NCBI GenBank assembly: GCA_019828565.1
Contig: JAHDYR010000025.1
Coordinates: 930,001 to 994,000, forward strand
Reading direction: 5' to 3'
DNA from: Carpediemonas membranifera BICM
Taxonomy: Eukaryota > Protista > Fornicata
Length of the DNA stretch: 64,000 bases
Below are positions 42,502 through 52,802 of this stretch, piece after piece. The translations under genes and the position numbers were made by a program. The notes under the pieces are model-generated. The model saw only the letters and a program-made list of their open reading frames with translations. It was not told the origin of the DNA and ran no database searches. Each line of letters opens with the position of its first letter. The stretch's first letter is position 1.

Positions 42502-42766
42502 TGGTCCCAACGCTCAGTTCGGTAGTTGCTCAAATTCTGACTGCCGACTCGCCGACCACCGACGCCAGCTGCGAAGCAGGCGTGTCGCGCGAGTCATGCT
42601 CACAGTGGAGAGCCAACTAGATCATTTCCCAAGCTGCCGAGGGGCCTCTGAACTCTGCCGTGTGAAGGCCTCCCACACTGGTCAAGTTTCGGCAAGCGCG
42701 TCGGGTACAATGTTGGCTGGTGCTCACTCCACATGCAGCAATCCAGCTCGAGAAGACCCCAAACAC

Positions 42767-42960
42767 CTAGTAGCCTTTATTAACATCTACAAGCGACACG
42801 AGGTCATCTCTTCCCTGTGCTATCCGCAGTATATTCTGGGCGATCGGCTCAAAGTACCACTCCTGGGTCATGCTGTCCGCCATGGGGAGCCATGCACGGT
42901 GCGGGGAGAGTACAATGTTGGGCAGGGTATCAAAGGGGTGGGTGAAGGGGAGCGTGTCGT
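42767..42960 (-). pseudogene. C-terminal fragment of a D-2-hydroxyacid dehydrogenase
   Basis: HPFDTLPNIVLSPHRAW...QNILRIAQGRDDLVSLVDVNKGY fits the family C-terminal pattern. No N-terminal or NAD-binding part is present upstream. Confidence 0.65.
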
Positions 42961-43025
42961 CGTGGTGCCTGGCCACGGATACATTGCAGAAGCGAGGAAT
43001 ACTATTCATGTAATTCGTCAAGTAG

Positions 43026-44864
43026 TCAACTATCTATCGGATTGTGACTCCGACAACGGCGCAAAGGGCAGTCAGTCCGGACCATCCGTTGGTCTTGCTC
43101 ATAGACGTCGACCGGGGTGACCTCAGCAGTGCAAGGAGGCGGCCTACCACACTCGATCAGCTCTTTCCCATCCTTTTTCAGCCCGCGCCAGCGCCCGGCA
43201 CTGTCATGGATGTAAGAGGAGCAGGGTTCCCTGGAACCGATGCAGCGGTCATGCCAGGCCACTGCCGTAGTCACAATGTCAAGGCTGACTGGCACACGAT
43301 CGCTGTCGGTGACATGGGTCGCCCCATTGCTGATCCAGACAACCATACGCTCGTTAGAAAAGAAGCCCGAGACATGGGATGAGAACTGGAGCGGCGTGGC
43401 AGTGAGGCATTTCTCGCCCTGCTGGTATCCTGGAAGCAGGCCTGACTGGGCGATGTGCTCTGGGACCCAGCCGGAGAAAAGAAGCCGACTGTCAGCGAGG
43501 AAAATGTTCCAGCTGTTGCCGTGACCCAGCATCAGGTCGACCCCGAAGGGAAGCTCCTGGAACCCACACATCTCATCGTTGTGCCCGAGTCCCAACTGGC
43601 CATTCCAGTTGCGACCGCAAATCATCTGTCGATCGCCAGAAGACAGAATGACAGTTGAGCAAGCTGCCATCACATATTGTGGCACAAAGTGATCTGGAAC
43701 AATGACAAGGCGGAAGAGGCTGGCCGACTTCCCGACGGAGCCGACGAAATGCCAGGATTCATAGCCAGACATCACCACGCCGAGAGGGGTGAGGATGAAG
43801 GTGCCGCCGAAGCACAGCGACACACCGGTCACCACCCTGTGCTTCTCCCAGGGGGGCAGGCTGGCCTCGAGCTCGGCGACCTTGGGGCAGGCGGGGAAGG
43901 TGAGGCGGGTCGGGTCGACGAACCCAGATGACTTGAACCCCAGCTGGCCATATTCGTTGTAGCCCCAGCCCCACATGCCCTTGGGGGTCCTGGCGATGTG
44001 GGCGAGGTGACCATCAAACTCGTGGCTGTAGACCTCGAGGGCCCTGGGCATCCTGGCCCTGGTGAGGGTGGTGTGGTGCCTTGTGTCGAGCATGAAGAGT
44101 CGGCCCATGTACATGCGGTGATAATAGCTATTGTAATGCCCGGTATGTTGGTACTTCTCGCCGTCCTTCTCGGCGACGTTCAGCGAGAAGAAGAACTTGC
44201 GGCAGAGGAACCAGAGGCACTTGGCCTCGGGGGCGAGAGCCTTGCGGATCTTGTCGTGCATCGTGGTCTTGCCGGGCCACTTCATTCGAGCATCATCCAG
44301 CACCGTGTCCTCGAGGTCGGGGTTGGCCCCCGCCTCGACGAGCAGCGCCCAGATCGTACCCTGCAAAAGCGTGAAGATGCAGGGCGGGAGCTCCTCGCCG
44401 GGCGCCAGTGGGATGTCCATGCTCACACCGGGCCTCCCAGAAGAAAGGATGTTGACCGCTTCGGTACGCGTAACCTGACCAGTACAGGAGTGGTCCTCGG
44501 GCAGGTCCTCTCCGAACTCAAGAACGTTGGCCTCACGAACCATCTTTCCAGTGTTGCAAGGCATCTCTGCCTTCTGGGTGGGCAAGTTGGCATGTAGATG
44601 GAAAGTTTTGCCGCTTTCGATGCCTTCGGGGCTCGTAGGCTTCGTAACGCACATCGTCTCGAGACGTGAACGGATTTCGTCCAGTCTGGCTAACAAAGGC
44701 TTGATCTCCCAATCAGAAAGCTGTATACCACGTAACATATTAAGATTACGCCCAATGCCTTCGATGTGGGCATCCAGTTGCTCAAGTTCCTCTTGCCCTG
44801 CCATGAATGATGTGAGCAGGCAATCGACTTCCAACCGAGTCGCTTCTGGTGATGAGCTCGGCAA
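43026..44864 (-). CDS. RCC1-like family copy 8, divergent, with a different coiled-coil N-terminus
   Basis: 612-aa ORF. The central core is near-identical to the other copies while the flanks are diverged. Start uncertain (TTG or downstream Met). Confidence 0.75.
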   Translation of the reverse strand: MPSSSPEATRLEVDCLLTSFMAGQEELEQLDAHIEGIGRNLNMLRGIQLSDWEIKPLLARLDEIRSRLETMCVTKPTSPEGIESGKTFHLHANLPTQKAEMPCNTGKMVREANVLEFGEDLPEDHSCTGQVTRTEAVNILSSGRPGVSMDIPLAPGEELPPCIFTLLQGTIWALLVEAGANPDLEDTVLDDARMKWPGKTTMHDKIRKALAPEAKCLWFLCRKFFFSLNVAEKDGEKYQHTGHYNSYYHRMYMGRLFMLDTRHHTTLTRARMPRALEVYSHEFDGHLAHIARTPKGMWGWGYNEYGQLGFKSSGFVDPTRLTFPACPKVAELEASLPPWEKHRVVTGVSLCFGGTFILTPLGVVMSGYESWHFVGSVGKSASLFRLVIVPDHFVPQYVMAACSTVILSSGDRQMICGRNWNGQLGLGHNDEMCGFQELPFGVDLMLGHGNSWNIFLADSRLLFSGWVPEHIAQSGLLPGYQQGEKCLTATPLQFSSHVSGFFSNERMVVWISNGATHVTDSDRVPVSLDIVTTAVAWHDRCIGSREPCSSYIHDSAGRWRGLKKDGKELIECGRPPPCTAEVTPVDVYEQDQRMVRTDCPLRRCRSHNPIDS

Positions 44865-45129
44865 TCGCTCAGCATGTCAGACTTCTGGCTGACTTGGGGC
44901 CTCCCACCACCTTTTTGAACTTTGTTGACCGTATCATGGCTGAATATGGCGGACTATCCGCGAGCTGAAGCACTGTCCGGTAATACTCCGTCGGTCAAGA
45001 TCAATCTTGGGGCAGCCATCTCTCATTATCTCGCAGAGTAAGATCTTATGATTCATGGGCAGTTTTGGACACAAAGTTGATGGCAAGGATAATAATCGAT
45101 GACACTCACTGTAGACACCAACATAAGTG

Positions 45130-46140
45130 ATGCGCGTGGCTTTCTTTGGCACAAAAACGTTTGATAGAGAGTCTTTTGACGACAGTAACGAGGCCAACCA
45201 TCGTTTCCACTTCGACATCGATTATTTCGACGTTGCTCTCACCGAACGAACGCTTCCTCTCGCACACGGCTACCAGACAGTATGTGCCTTTGTTAATGAC
45301 GATCTTTCGGCGCCAATCCTCCGCGATCTCCACAAGCACGGCACATCCATCATTGCCCTTCGCTGTGCCGGCTACAACAACCTTGACCTCGAGACCGCCG
45401 ACGCCATAGGCATGACTGTTGTCCACGTCCCGAGCTACAGCCCCGAGGCCGTCGCCGAGCACACTGTAGCCCTCATGCTTACCCTCAACAGGAAGACACA
45501 CAAGGCGTACCAGCGTACTCGGGACGCCAACTTCAACCTGGACGGGCTCGTGGGCTTCAACCTCTTTGGCAAGACTGTGGGCATCATCGGCACAGGTCAG
45601 ATCGGCCTGGCAGCCATTAGGATCTTCCGTGGATTCGGCATGAGAGTCATCGCCCATGATCCTCATGAAAGAAGCGAGGCCAAGGAGCTCGGCGCTGAGT
45701 ACGTCGACCTCGACACTCTGTTCAGACAGTCCGACGTCATTACTCTTCATTGCCCACTGTTTGAGGCAAACTACCACATTCTCAACGCTGAGGCGTTCGC
45801 CAAGATGAAGAAGGGCGTCATGGTCATCAACACCAGCCGAGGCGCGTTGCTGAACTCGGCAGACGCTATTGAGGCGCTGAAGGATGGCACCATCAGCGCA
45901 CTCGGCCTCGACGTATACGAGGAAGAAAGCGAGCTCTTCTTCCAGGACAAGTCGAACGAGGTCATCCCAGATGACGTGTTCAGACGGTTGTCCGCATGTC
46001 ACAACGTCTTGTTCACGGGCCACCAGGCCTTCCTGACGAGGGAGGCGCTTGTGGCCATCGCCGACACTACCCTGGAGAACCTAGCCCTGCTCGACAGAGA
46101 CGACCCCTGCGACAACATCCTCCACCACAAAGGAAAGTAA
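45130..46140 (+). CDS. ldhA: D-lactate dehydrogenase, bacterial LdhA type
   Basis: ALRCAGYNN, VPSYSPEAVAEH, GIIGTGQIG, INTSRG, LGLDVYEEE and DDVFRRLSACHNVLFTGHQAFLT. Intronless. Confidence 0.92.
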   Translation: MRVAFFGTKTFDRESFDDSNEANHRFHFDIDYFDVALTERTLPLAHGYQTVCAFVNDDLSAPILRDLHKHGTSIIALRCAGYNNLDLETADAIGMTVVHVPSYSPEAVAEHTVALMLTLNRKTHKAYQRTRDANFNLDGLVGFNLFGKTVGIIGTGQIGLAAIRIFRGFGMRVIAHDPHERSEAKELGAEYVDLDTLFRQSDVITLHCPLFEANYHILNAEAFAKMKKGVMVINTSRGALLNSADAIEALKDGTISALGLDVYEEESELFFQDKSNEVIPDDVFRRLSACHNVLFTGHQAFLTREALVAIADTTLENLALLDRDDPCDNILHHKGK

Positions 46141-46458
46141 ATGGAATGGATGCTCCATAGAAATGATTAGGATGCCCGTCACTCTTTGTGCCAGATCATG
46201 TTGACACAACAGACCTCAGAGCTGTCGCCGCCATGTTCATTGCGTGGTGACGAGCATGTCTCGGCGCTGTCCATGGTCATGCCCCAGCCTCGCTGAGGGT
46301 GTTGCGGTGTCAAGAGCTAAACCCAGGATTAACTAGGGTTAAGGAATGGTTTTAGCTTGACCATCACCAGCATCTCATCGTCTGCTTCGCAGCTGGCGTC
46401 GGTGGTCGGCGAGTCGGCAGTCAGAATTTGGCCATCGCCGAACTGAGCGCTGAAAGCC

Positions 46459-48090
46459 ATGAGCAGCGCTAGTTCCTCGCCATCGGCCATCAAAGATGCG
46501 CTTATCTCCGTATTCCGCGCCTCGCTCGTTGTAACGGCCTCCATCTCCGGGGACATCCCCTCGTTGCTCCAGCACGCCTACTCCAGACACTTCGGCGAGC
46601 AGATGCCCTCGATCCACAACAACAAGAGCACTGTTACACCAACGAGCGTCCCTTCTCTCGAATCCCTCCTCGCCACGCTCTCCAAGATCCCCCCTCTCGA
46701 ACCAACCGCGCAAGCCCTCCTCGACCGCGCCCGCTCGATCCTCACCAGTGGCCCCCCGCTGTCCATGAACGTCGAGCTCGCGGACGGCGAGGAGCTCCCG
46801 GTCGCGATGCACACGCTGAACCAGGGCGCGGTGTGGGCTTGTCTCATGGGTGGTGGGGCCAACCCCGATCTAGAGGACAGGGTGCTGGAGGAGGCTCGGG
46901 AGAAGCAACCACATATGACCGATATTCATAACAGAATCCGCAAGGCTCTCACCCCCGAGGCCAAGTGCCTCTGGTTCCTCTGCCGCAAGTTCTTCTTCTC
47001 GCTGAACGTCGCCGAGAAGGACGGCAAGAGCTATCAGTGCAGCTGTAGTGGATACTACCACCACCACATGTACATGGGCCGACTCTTCATGCTCCGCACT
47101 GACTATCACGCCGCCCTCACCAGGGCCAGGATGCCCAGGGCCCTCGAGGTCTACAGCAACGAGATCACACACATCGCCAGGACACCCAAGGGTCTGTGGG
47201 GCTGGGGTGATAACGGCTCTGGTCAGCTGGGGTTCGAGTCGTCTGGGTTCGTCGACCCGACCCGCCTCACCTTCCCCGCCTGCCCCAAGGTCGCCGAGCA
47301 CGAGGCCAGCCTGCCCCCCTGGGAGAAGCACAGGGTGGTGACCGGTGTGTCGCTGATAAGAGCTCGAACGTTCATCTTCACTCCGGTCGGCACTGTCATG
47401 GCTGGTGCGGATGCGAAAGCGTTTGTCGGCACAGTCGAGGACGAGAACAGGCACCTCTTCCACCCAGTCGCCGTACCCACTGGCTTTGTCGCAGATCACA
47501 TCGTGGATTCATTCTACACTGTTATCCTGTCAATGGGCGATCGGCAGGTGATCGGCGGATGGAACGAGAATGGCCGGCTGGGACTCGGTCACGAGAACGA
47601 GATGACCGGCTTCGAGGAGCTGCCATTCAGGGTCGACCGGATCATAGCCTTTGAATTATTCTTCAACGTCTTCCTCAGCGGCCGCCAGCTGCTGTTCGCC
47701 GGCGAAGTTCCCCGTCCTATCGCCCAGTCGGGCCTGCTGCCTGGGTACAGTGAGGATGACAAGTGCCTCACAGCCACCCAGCTCCGGTTCCCAGAGAGAG
47801 TCAAGGGGTTCTGTTGCATGTTTTTGAGACTCCTCTGGGTCACTGAGGGCCGCACTCATCTGCGCAACCGTGACAAACAGTACTGTATGCCTTTTGAGGC
47901 GACGTCATTTGGCGGCAGAGTAATACGTGGCAGAGAAGTCTACTCATTACGTGACGCCGCCGGCCAGTGGTTTATGGAGAAGACATTGCCTGATGATATA
48001 GCTGGGGTAACTAGGCTGGTCAAGTGCAAAGTACCTACTTCACAATGGGAGATCATCCCAGTCGACGTCGACCCGTGGGCCGAGCAGTAA
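46459..48090 (+). CDS. RCC1-like family copy 9 (complete, 543 aa)
   Basis: Full ORF with all family anchors, ending PVDVDPWAEQ. Confidence 0.85.
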   Translation: MSSASSSPSAIKDALISVFRASLVVTASISGDIPSLLQHAYSRHFGEQMPSIHNNKSTVTPTSVPSLESLLATLSKIPPLEPTAQALLDRARSILTSGPPLSMNVELADGEELPVAMHTLNQGAVWACLMGGGANPDLEDRVLEEAREKQPHMTDIHNRIRKALTPEAKCLWFLCRKFFFSLNVAEKDGKSYQCSCSGYYHHHMYMGRLFMLRTDYHAALTRARMPRALEVYSNEITHIARTPKGLWGWGDNGSGQLGFESSGFVDPTRLTFPACPKVAEHEASLPPWEKHRVVTGVSLIRARTFIFTPVGTVMAGADAKAFVGTVEDENRHLFHPVAVPTGFVADHIVDSFYTVILSMGDRQVIGGWNENGRLGLGHENEMTGFEELPFRVDRIIAFELFFNVFLSGRQLLFAGEVPRPIAQSGLLPGYSEDDKCLTATQLRFPERVKGFCCMFLRLLWVTEGRTHLRNRDKQYCMPFEATSFGGRVIRGREVYSLRDAAGQWFMEKTLPDDIAGVTRLVKCKVPTSQWEIIPVDVDPWAEQ

Positions 48091-48267
48091 ACGAGATCCG
48101 CATCCTTGCGCCATCCTTGTGAGTCGACTCTGCCCAGCTCCGCTCTACATCCGATGCAGCTAATTGATCGCTCCACGCTCACAGGAGTTTTACTTGCCAA
48201 GCTATGTGTGTGGGCGCTTAGTGGACGCGATCTCAATTGATGGTTTCATTTCCAGCGCACAGAACAG

Positions 48268-51200
48268 ATGAACGACGCAGATGAAGATCTAACGCTCTCT
48301 TCCAACAGTGTTGACCTTATCAAACATCCCATTGTGGCGCATGGCCGCATTGTTTCGTCTCTTCTCGCGCTGCAGGAGCTGAGCGTCCCTCCCTCAGTCT
48401 TCTCCAGCGTCTACAACAGCCTCGTAGAAGAACACGGAGCACCTAACCGTGTTTTGATTACAGGAGAGACCGTTCCCCTCACCGAAGAGCAGTTCAATGC
48501 TCGCTACAGTTCCCACCCCCACAGTGTTATCCCCTCGCTCCCCCCGCTCCACCAAATGCTCCCCGCGCCACAGAATCCTGCCCCAACACGCTTCCGTGCG
48601 GCCTTTACTGGCAGGGAGATCCCTCGTGCGATGCACATGGCCCATGCTCTTTCTTCTTATCGCAGGATCCCGCCAAGTGCAATGGCTCTCGCGATCACGC
48701 CTCTTTTTACCGCTTGTGGTCATCTCTCGCCTGTGTTCTGCATTGCGTTCTCTGATGACGGCAGGCTCCTCGCAACGGGTGGGGACGACGGACTGGTCAA
48801 GTTGTGGGACACGCGGACTGGTATGCTACGCCGAACGCTCAAAGGTCATTTCCTCGGGAATACGAAGACGGATGTGATCAGCGAGATCGCCATATCGCCC
48901 GGTTCAGAATACGCTGCGTCATGCGCCGGCACCGAGTCCATCGCTTTGCTCTACCCCTTGACGCCGGGGCCAAGGCAGTACGCCGCGATTCCCCTCAAGG
49001 CGCACGATGGTCAGATCAACTTGGTGCGGTTTATCCCGCCTCATTTATGCAAGGAGCCGACCCTCATCACCGTAGCAGACGACGGACGCGTCTACCTGTG
49101 GCCTGCACGTGGAGCAGAGGCCGCGCTCAACGCTGAAGGCCCTTTTGCCCCACCCCATGAGTTCGTATACGCCTGCGAGGCCGAGGTATGCTGGGTGGAG
49201 GTGTGCCCGACACCGCCGCTCAGGATTGCGGTCGTTAATGCGGCAGGGTCTGTGATTGTCACCAGAAGAGGCCAGGACGGCGCCTGGGCCAGTACAGCTG
49301 TGCACAGCTTCGGAAGCGACGGGTCGCTCGCCAGATTCACAGAGGATGGCGCCATGCTCTTGGCGTGTAGCCAGTCTGCGGTGGCTGCGTTCGATGTCTC
49401 TGACCCCGACTCAAACCCGACTCAACTCTGGGTGTCAGATTTGACTCTGTTGCCGGCAATTGGCCCGCTGAGGAGTAGAACGCCAGTGAAAGCCCAGGTC
49501 GGCAATATGGTCCTCTCCGGCCGCCACGCAGTTGTCACGGCCGTCCAAGAGACGCCCAGAGGCAATGGCAGATTCAGACTAATCGGCATGGCATATCTTC
49601 TAGATCTTCCTACAGGTCGTATCAGATACGGTTGGACCTCAACAACAGGGGACGTGACACCGTCCGTGACGACCATCGGCGGTCTGGTCCTCTTGGGCGG
49701 GGCTGACGGATATGTCCGGTTACTCGACCCAGATTCCCCTACCGTGCCGCTCAAGACCTTTCCCTTCCCGTCATTCAACTCCTTTCCAGGGCCCGAGACG
49801 CAGCGGACTAGCGTTATTGTCAATGTGGCCTGCACGCATGCCGAGTCGAGCCCGACCGGACTCCTCGCCGCTCTAGCCAACGGGGAGGGCCAGATCCTGC
49901 TGGTTGGCCCCCACGCTGCCCGGGAGATACTCTGCCGGGCGCCACAGGAGCAGTTCTTCGAGCACGACTACATGCCAGTCACTGTTGACAGCGCGGGTTT
50001 CTCTGCTGATGTCAACACGGGTCTGCCGCCGCATATGATTCGGGATCAGATGCTGTGTAGTGCCGGGCTCAAGCCATATCGTCCAGGCCTTCCGTACCAC
50101 GCCCAACAGGAGTCTACTTTCACTGAGTTTTTACCAGATATGCGCCCGATCATTTCTGAAGTTGATTGGTATCTTCACGTGGCAGATTTCAAGCGGCAAA
50201 CCCTCACCCGCACATGCGGAGACCCCGATATCTGCCTCCCCACCGCCATCATCAAGCCCGCCCTGCTACTTCAGACCCGACCCAGAGAGAGACCCCGAGC
50301 TCCCCCTGTCCAGCGCCAGGAGGCTGAGCGAGAGGTCGAGGATGAGTCTGACACCGACGACTACACGCACCAGGAGACTCCGGTGCGACGGATCGCCGTG
50401 CGAACACGGCGGCCTGTCCGGGGGTGGTCGGACAGTGACTCGGCTGAGTCGGAACTCGACTTGACTGACTCCGACTTTGCCCCGCAGAGGAGGCGGAGGC
50501 CTGCCCCGCCATCCCCAGTGGCGAGCCCGGAACCAGACCCTAACAGGTATCGCGTGTACTATATCCCTGGATGCGGTCCCGCCCCGGACATGCCTGCCTG
50601 GCCCAACATCCCGTCCAAGCCAGTCGTTGATGCCGCAGACGTTCCTAGGCTCAGGACCCTGCCCGCCTCATCGTCGCGATGCCTCAACTCGTGTGCGCCG
50701 GTCGACGGGTTGTATATCCCGTGCCTGGGCGATCTTGTGGTCTACTCACCCACACTCCACCGCCAGTACGCTGCCAGCTTGCCGTTCATGAGACGCGGTG
50801 TGGCGAATGACATCTATCCTTGCACTTTGCCGGCAGATTTTGCATTTCCGGCACGTGTGGTCGATATCGCGAGTGAATACCATTGGTCTTTTCCGGATAA
50901 TCTTGCCGGGAAGTATTGCATCACGGTCCAGGTCATGGAACTCAAGCCAATATTGCCCATATCGGTTTCCAACATTGATTGGCTCAGGCGCTGGCCTCTG
51001 TGGCCGAATCTGTTGTTTGAGATCGGTGTGACTGAAATTGAAATCCTCGAATATCGCGAGTATCTATTGAGACAATCATCCGCTGTCACCGCCGCGGCTC
51101 CTCTGATCCCCCAAGCTGTCCCGGCGTGGGCGGCGCGACTCTCAGCCCTCCAGTCTTGCCGGCTCAGGGTTGTCACGGTGCCTGAGGTCAGATCGCCCAA

Positions 51201-52545
51201 AATCCCTGCATCTCCAGTGATCTCCGCCCAATCTTTAATAGATTCACTCTCTCGGGTCCAAAGAAAGATTGGCAGTGGCATGCTCGTCACCTCGACCGTA
51301 TCTCTCAAGATCGGATTCGATTTCGTCGATCCTGACCAGACCGCCCCCATGGAGACCCAAGATGACTCCGACATCGACTCCGACTCTGACTCGGCGACTC
51401 ACCTCTACTACGGAAAGACGGAGCGCACCAACAGGGGCTGGCTGTGCCGGGCGGTTGACTACGGCATCCAGGACGAGGATGACAACTACCTTGTGAACGA
51501 TCGCTTCGACCTTCACGCCGCAGCCCAGAGGCTTGAGCCTCCCCATGCTGGGGGTGCGGTGGTCATTAACGACACCACTCTCACGCCGCTCGACCTGGCG
51601 CCGTTGACTGTACTCACGGCGCTTGAGTTTGCTGCGGAACACGCCCTCCCGCTGATTCCCTTAGATTTAGTCCAGGTTATCAAATTCACACGATCTCCGG
51701 ATGCGGATATAGATTCAGCGATCATCCTCCGCTACGCCGGCCGAGTGCCGCTCACCCCACCGCCTCTCCCGACCGCCGCCCTTTTCCCTTTCCACGTGAT
51801 ACAGCTAACTGTCACTGACTTTGAGGACGTGCTCGAGGCCCGCATGCAAGCATCTGAGTCTGAGCTCGATATTTATGAGGAGAGGCAGACCCGTAATAAG
51901 AGCCGGAAGAAGACCCGCACCCAGCGTCGTCGGAAGGCGAAGAAGCACAAGGCGCCTGCAGACGCGGCGACTTGTTTCCTCACGGCTCAGATGCCTGCCT
52001 ACAAGCGCGTGTTCCCAGGCAACAACGAGCTCGGTGATGTCTTCGGTTGCGACCAACTCAAGCTCACGGTGACTCTAACGGACGATCTTGCTCTCAGATT
52101 GCAAGAAGCCAATGAAGAGAGCTACTCCAGGGCCGAGGCGAGCATCGTAGAGCTGCCTGAGGACATGGTCACGTCAGCCAAGACCCCGATGGCAATGCTC
52201 CCCATACCCGATTTCTTGCGCGAAAGAATGGCTCTTTCAATCGCCGCGCTATGCAAGCAGAGGGCGACCGTGAGCCCATGGACTTCAGCGGCAGCACTAA
52301 TCACAGACCCGGGGCAGATCGAGGGATATATGGAGGAGATTCCAGATCCGGTCCATATCTGTCTGATTCTCCGGCGTTTGCTCTCTGGTTGGTATACGCG
52401 ATTGGGCATGATTGACTGCGACTTGGCGACTCTGGCAGAGAACCCGGTGACATTTAGCGGTGACGAGGACCTGGCTGCAGTAGCTAGGGTGTTACAGCGC
52501 GATATCTTGAAGGATTTGGAGATTATCATTCGTACAAAGCGTTGA
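48268..52545 (+). CDS. Bromodomain and WD-repeat protein, PHIP/BRWD-like
   Basis: [15 protein letters not shown]...[11 protein letters not shown]...TLKGH, the BRWD-type motif [10 protein letters not shown]...[17 protein letters not shown], and a degenerate C-terminal bromodomain. Confidence 0.8.
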   Translation: MNDADEDLTLSSNSVDLIKHPIVAHGRIVSSLLALQELSVPPSVFSSVYNSLVEEHGAPNRVLITGETVPLTEEQFNARYSSHPHSVIPSLPPLHQMLPAPQNPAPTRFRAAFTGREIPRAMHMAHALSSYRRIPPSAMALAITPLFTACGHLSPVFCIAFSDDGRLLATGGDDGLVKLWDTRTGMLRRTLKGHFLGNTKTDVISEIAISPGSEYAASCAGTESIALLYPLTPGPRQYAAIPLKAHDGQINLVRFIPPHLCKEPTLITVADDGRVYLWPARGAEAALNAEGPFAPPHEFVYACEAEVCWVEVCPTPPLRIAVVNAAGSVIVTRRGQDGAWASTAVHSFGSDGSLARFTEDGAMLLACSQSAVAAFDVSDPDSNPTQLWVSDLTLLPAIGPLRSRTPVKAQVGNMVLSGRHAVVTAVQETPRGNGRFRLIGMAYLLDLPTGRIRYGWTSTTGDVTPSVTTIGGLVLLGGADGYVRLLDPDSPTVPLKTFPFPSFNSFPGPETQRTSVIVNVACTHAESSPTGLLAALANGEGQILLVGPHAAREILCRAPQEQFFEHDYMPVTVDSAGFSADVNTGLPPHMIRDQMLCSAGLKPYRPGLPYHAQQESTFTEFLPDMRPIISEVDWYLHVADFKRQTLTRTCGDPDICLPTAIIKPALLLQTRPRERPRAPPVQRQEAEREVEDESDTDDYTHQETPVRRIAVRTRRPVRGWSDSDSAESELDLTDSDFAPQRRRRPAPPSPVASPEPDPNRYRVYYIPGCGPAPDMPAWPNIPSKPVVDAADVPRLRTLPASSSRCLNSCAPVDGLYIPCLGDLVVYSPTLHRQYAASLPFMRRGVANDIYPCTLPADFAFPARVVDIASEYHWSFPDNLAGKYCITVQVMELKPILPISVSNIDWLRRWPLWPNLLFEIGVTEIEILEYREYLLRQSSAVTAAAPLIPQAVPAWAARLSALQSCRLRVVTVPEVRSPKIPASPVISAQSLIDSLSRVQRKIGSGMLVTSTVSLKIGFDFVDPDQTAPMETQDDSDIDSDSDSATHLYYGKTERTNRGWLCRAVDYGIQDEDDNYLVNDRFDLHAAAQRLEPPHAGGAVVINDTTLTPLDLAPLTVLTALEFAAEHALPLIPLDLVQVIKFTRSPDADIDSAIILRYAGRVPLTPPPLPTAALFPFHVIQLTVTDFEDVLEARMQASESELDIYEERQTRNKSRKKTRTQRRRKAKKHKAPADAATCFLTAQMPAYKRVFPGNNELGDVFGCDQLKLTVTLTDDLALRLQEANEESYSRAEASIVELPEDMVTSAKTPMAMLPIPDFLRERMALSIAALCKQRATVSPWTSAAALITDPGQIEGYMEEIPDPVHICLILRRLLSGWYTRLGMIDCDLATLAENPVTFSGDEDLAAVARVLQRDILKDLEIIIRTKR

Positions 52546-52673
52546 TCGACGTGTTTGAGTGACATTGAGCGTTTAAAAATGCAGGCAAATATGTTTATCG
52601 TTGGAGAGTGGATGGCGTATATTTGGCGAGATTTCAGGGACGACCACTTTTAAAAAATAGGCGCGACCCAGCG

Positions 52674-52751
52674 CAACGAGTTTGAACGCTATCGCCGGGA
52701 GATTGACTTAATCGCGAGTGCTAGCTAGGTGCTAGTTGATGCATTTGGGGG
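52674..52751 (+). repeat. Bipartite non-coding element, copy B
   Basis: 42-bp and 16-bp boxes identical to 5609-5650 and 5491-5506 (inverted), with a 20-nt spacer instead of 102 nt. Confidence 0.85.
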
Positions 52752-52802
52752 AATGAAAGGAATATTTTATATCTGCAAACTGCACAGACTAGCATACAAT
52801 CT

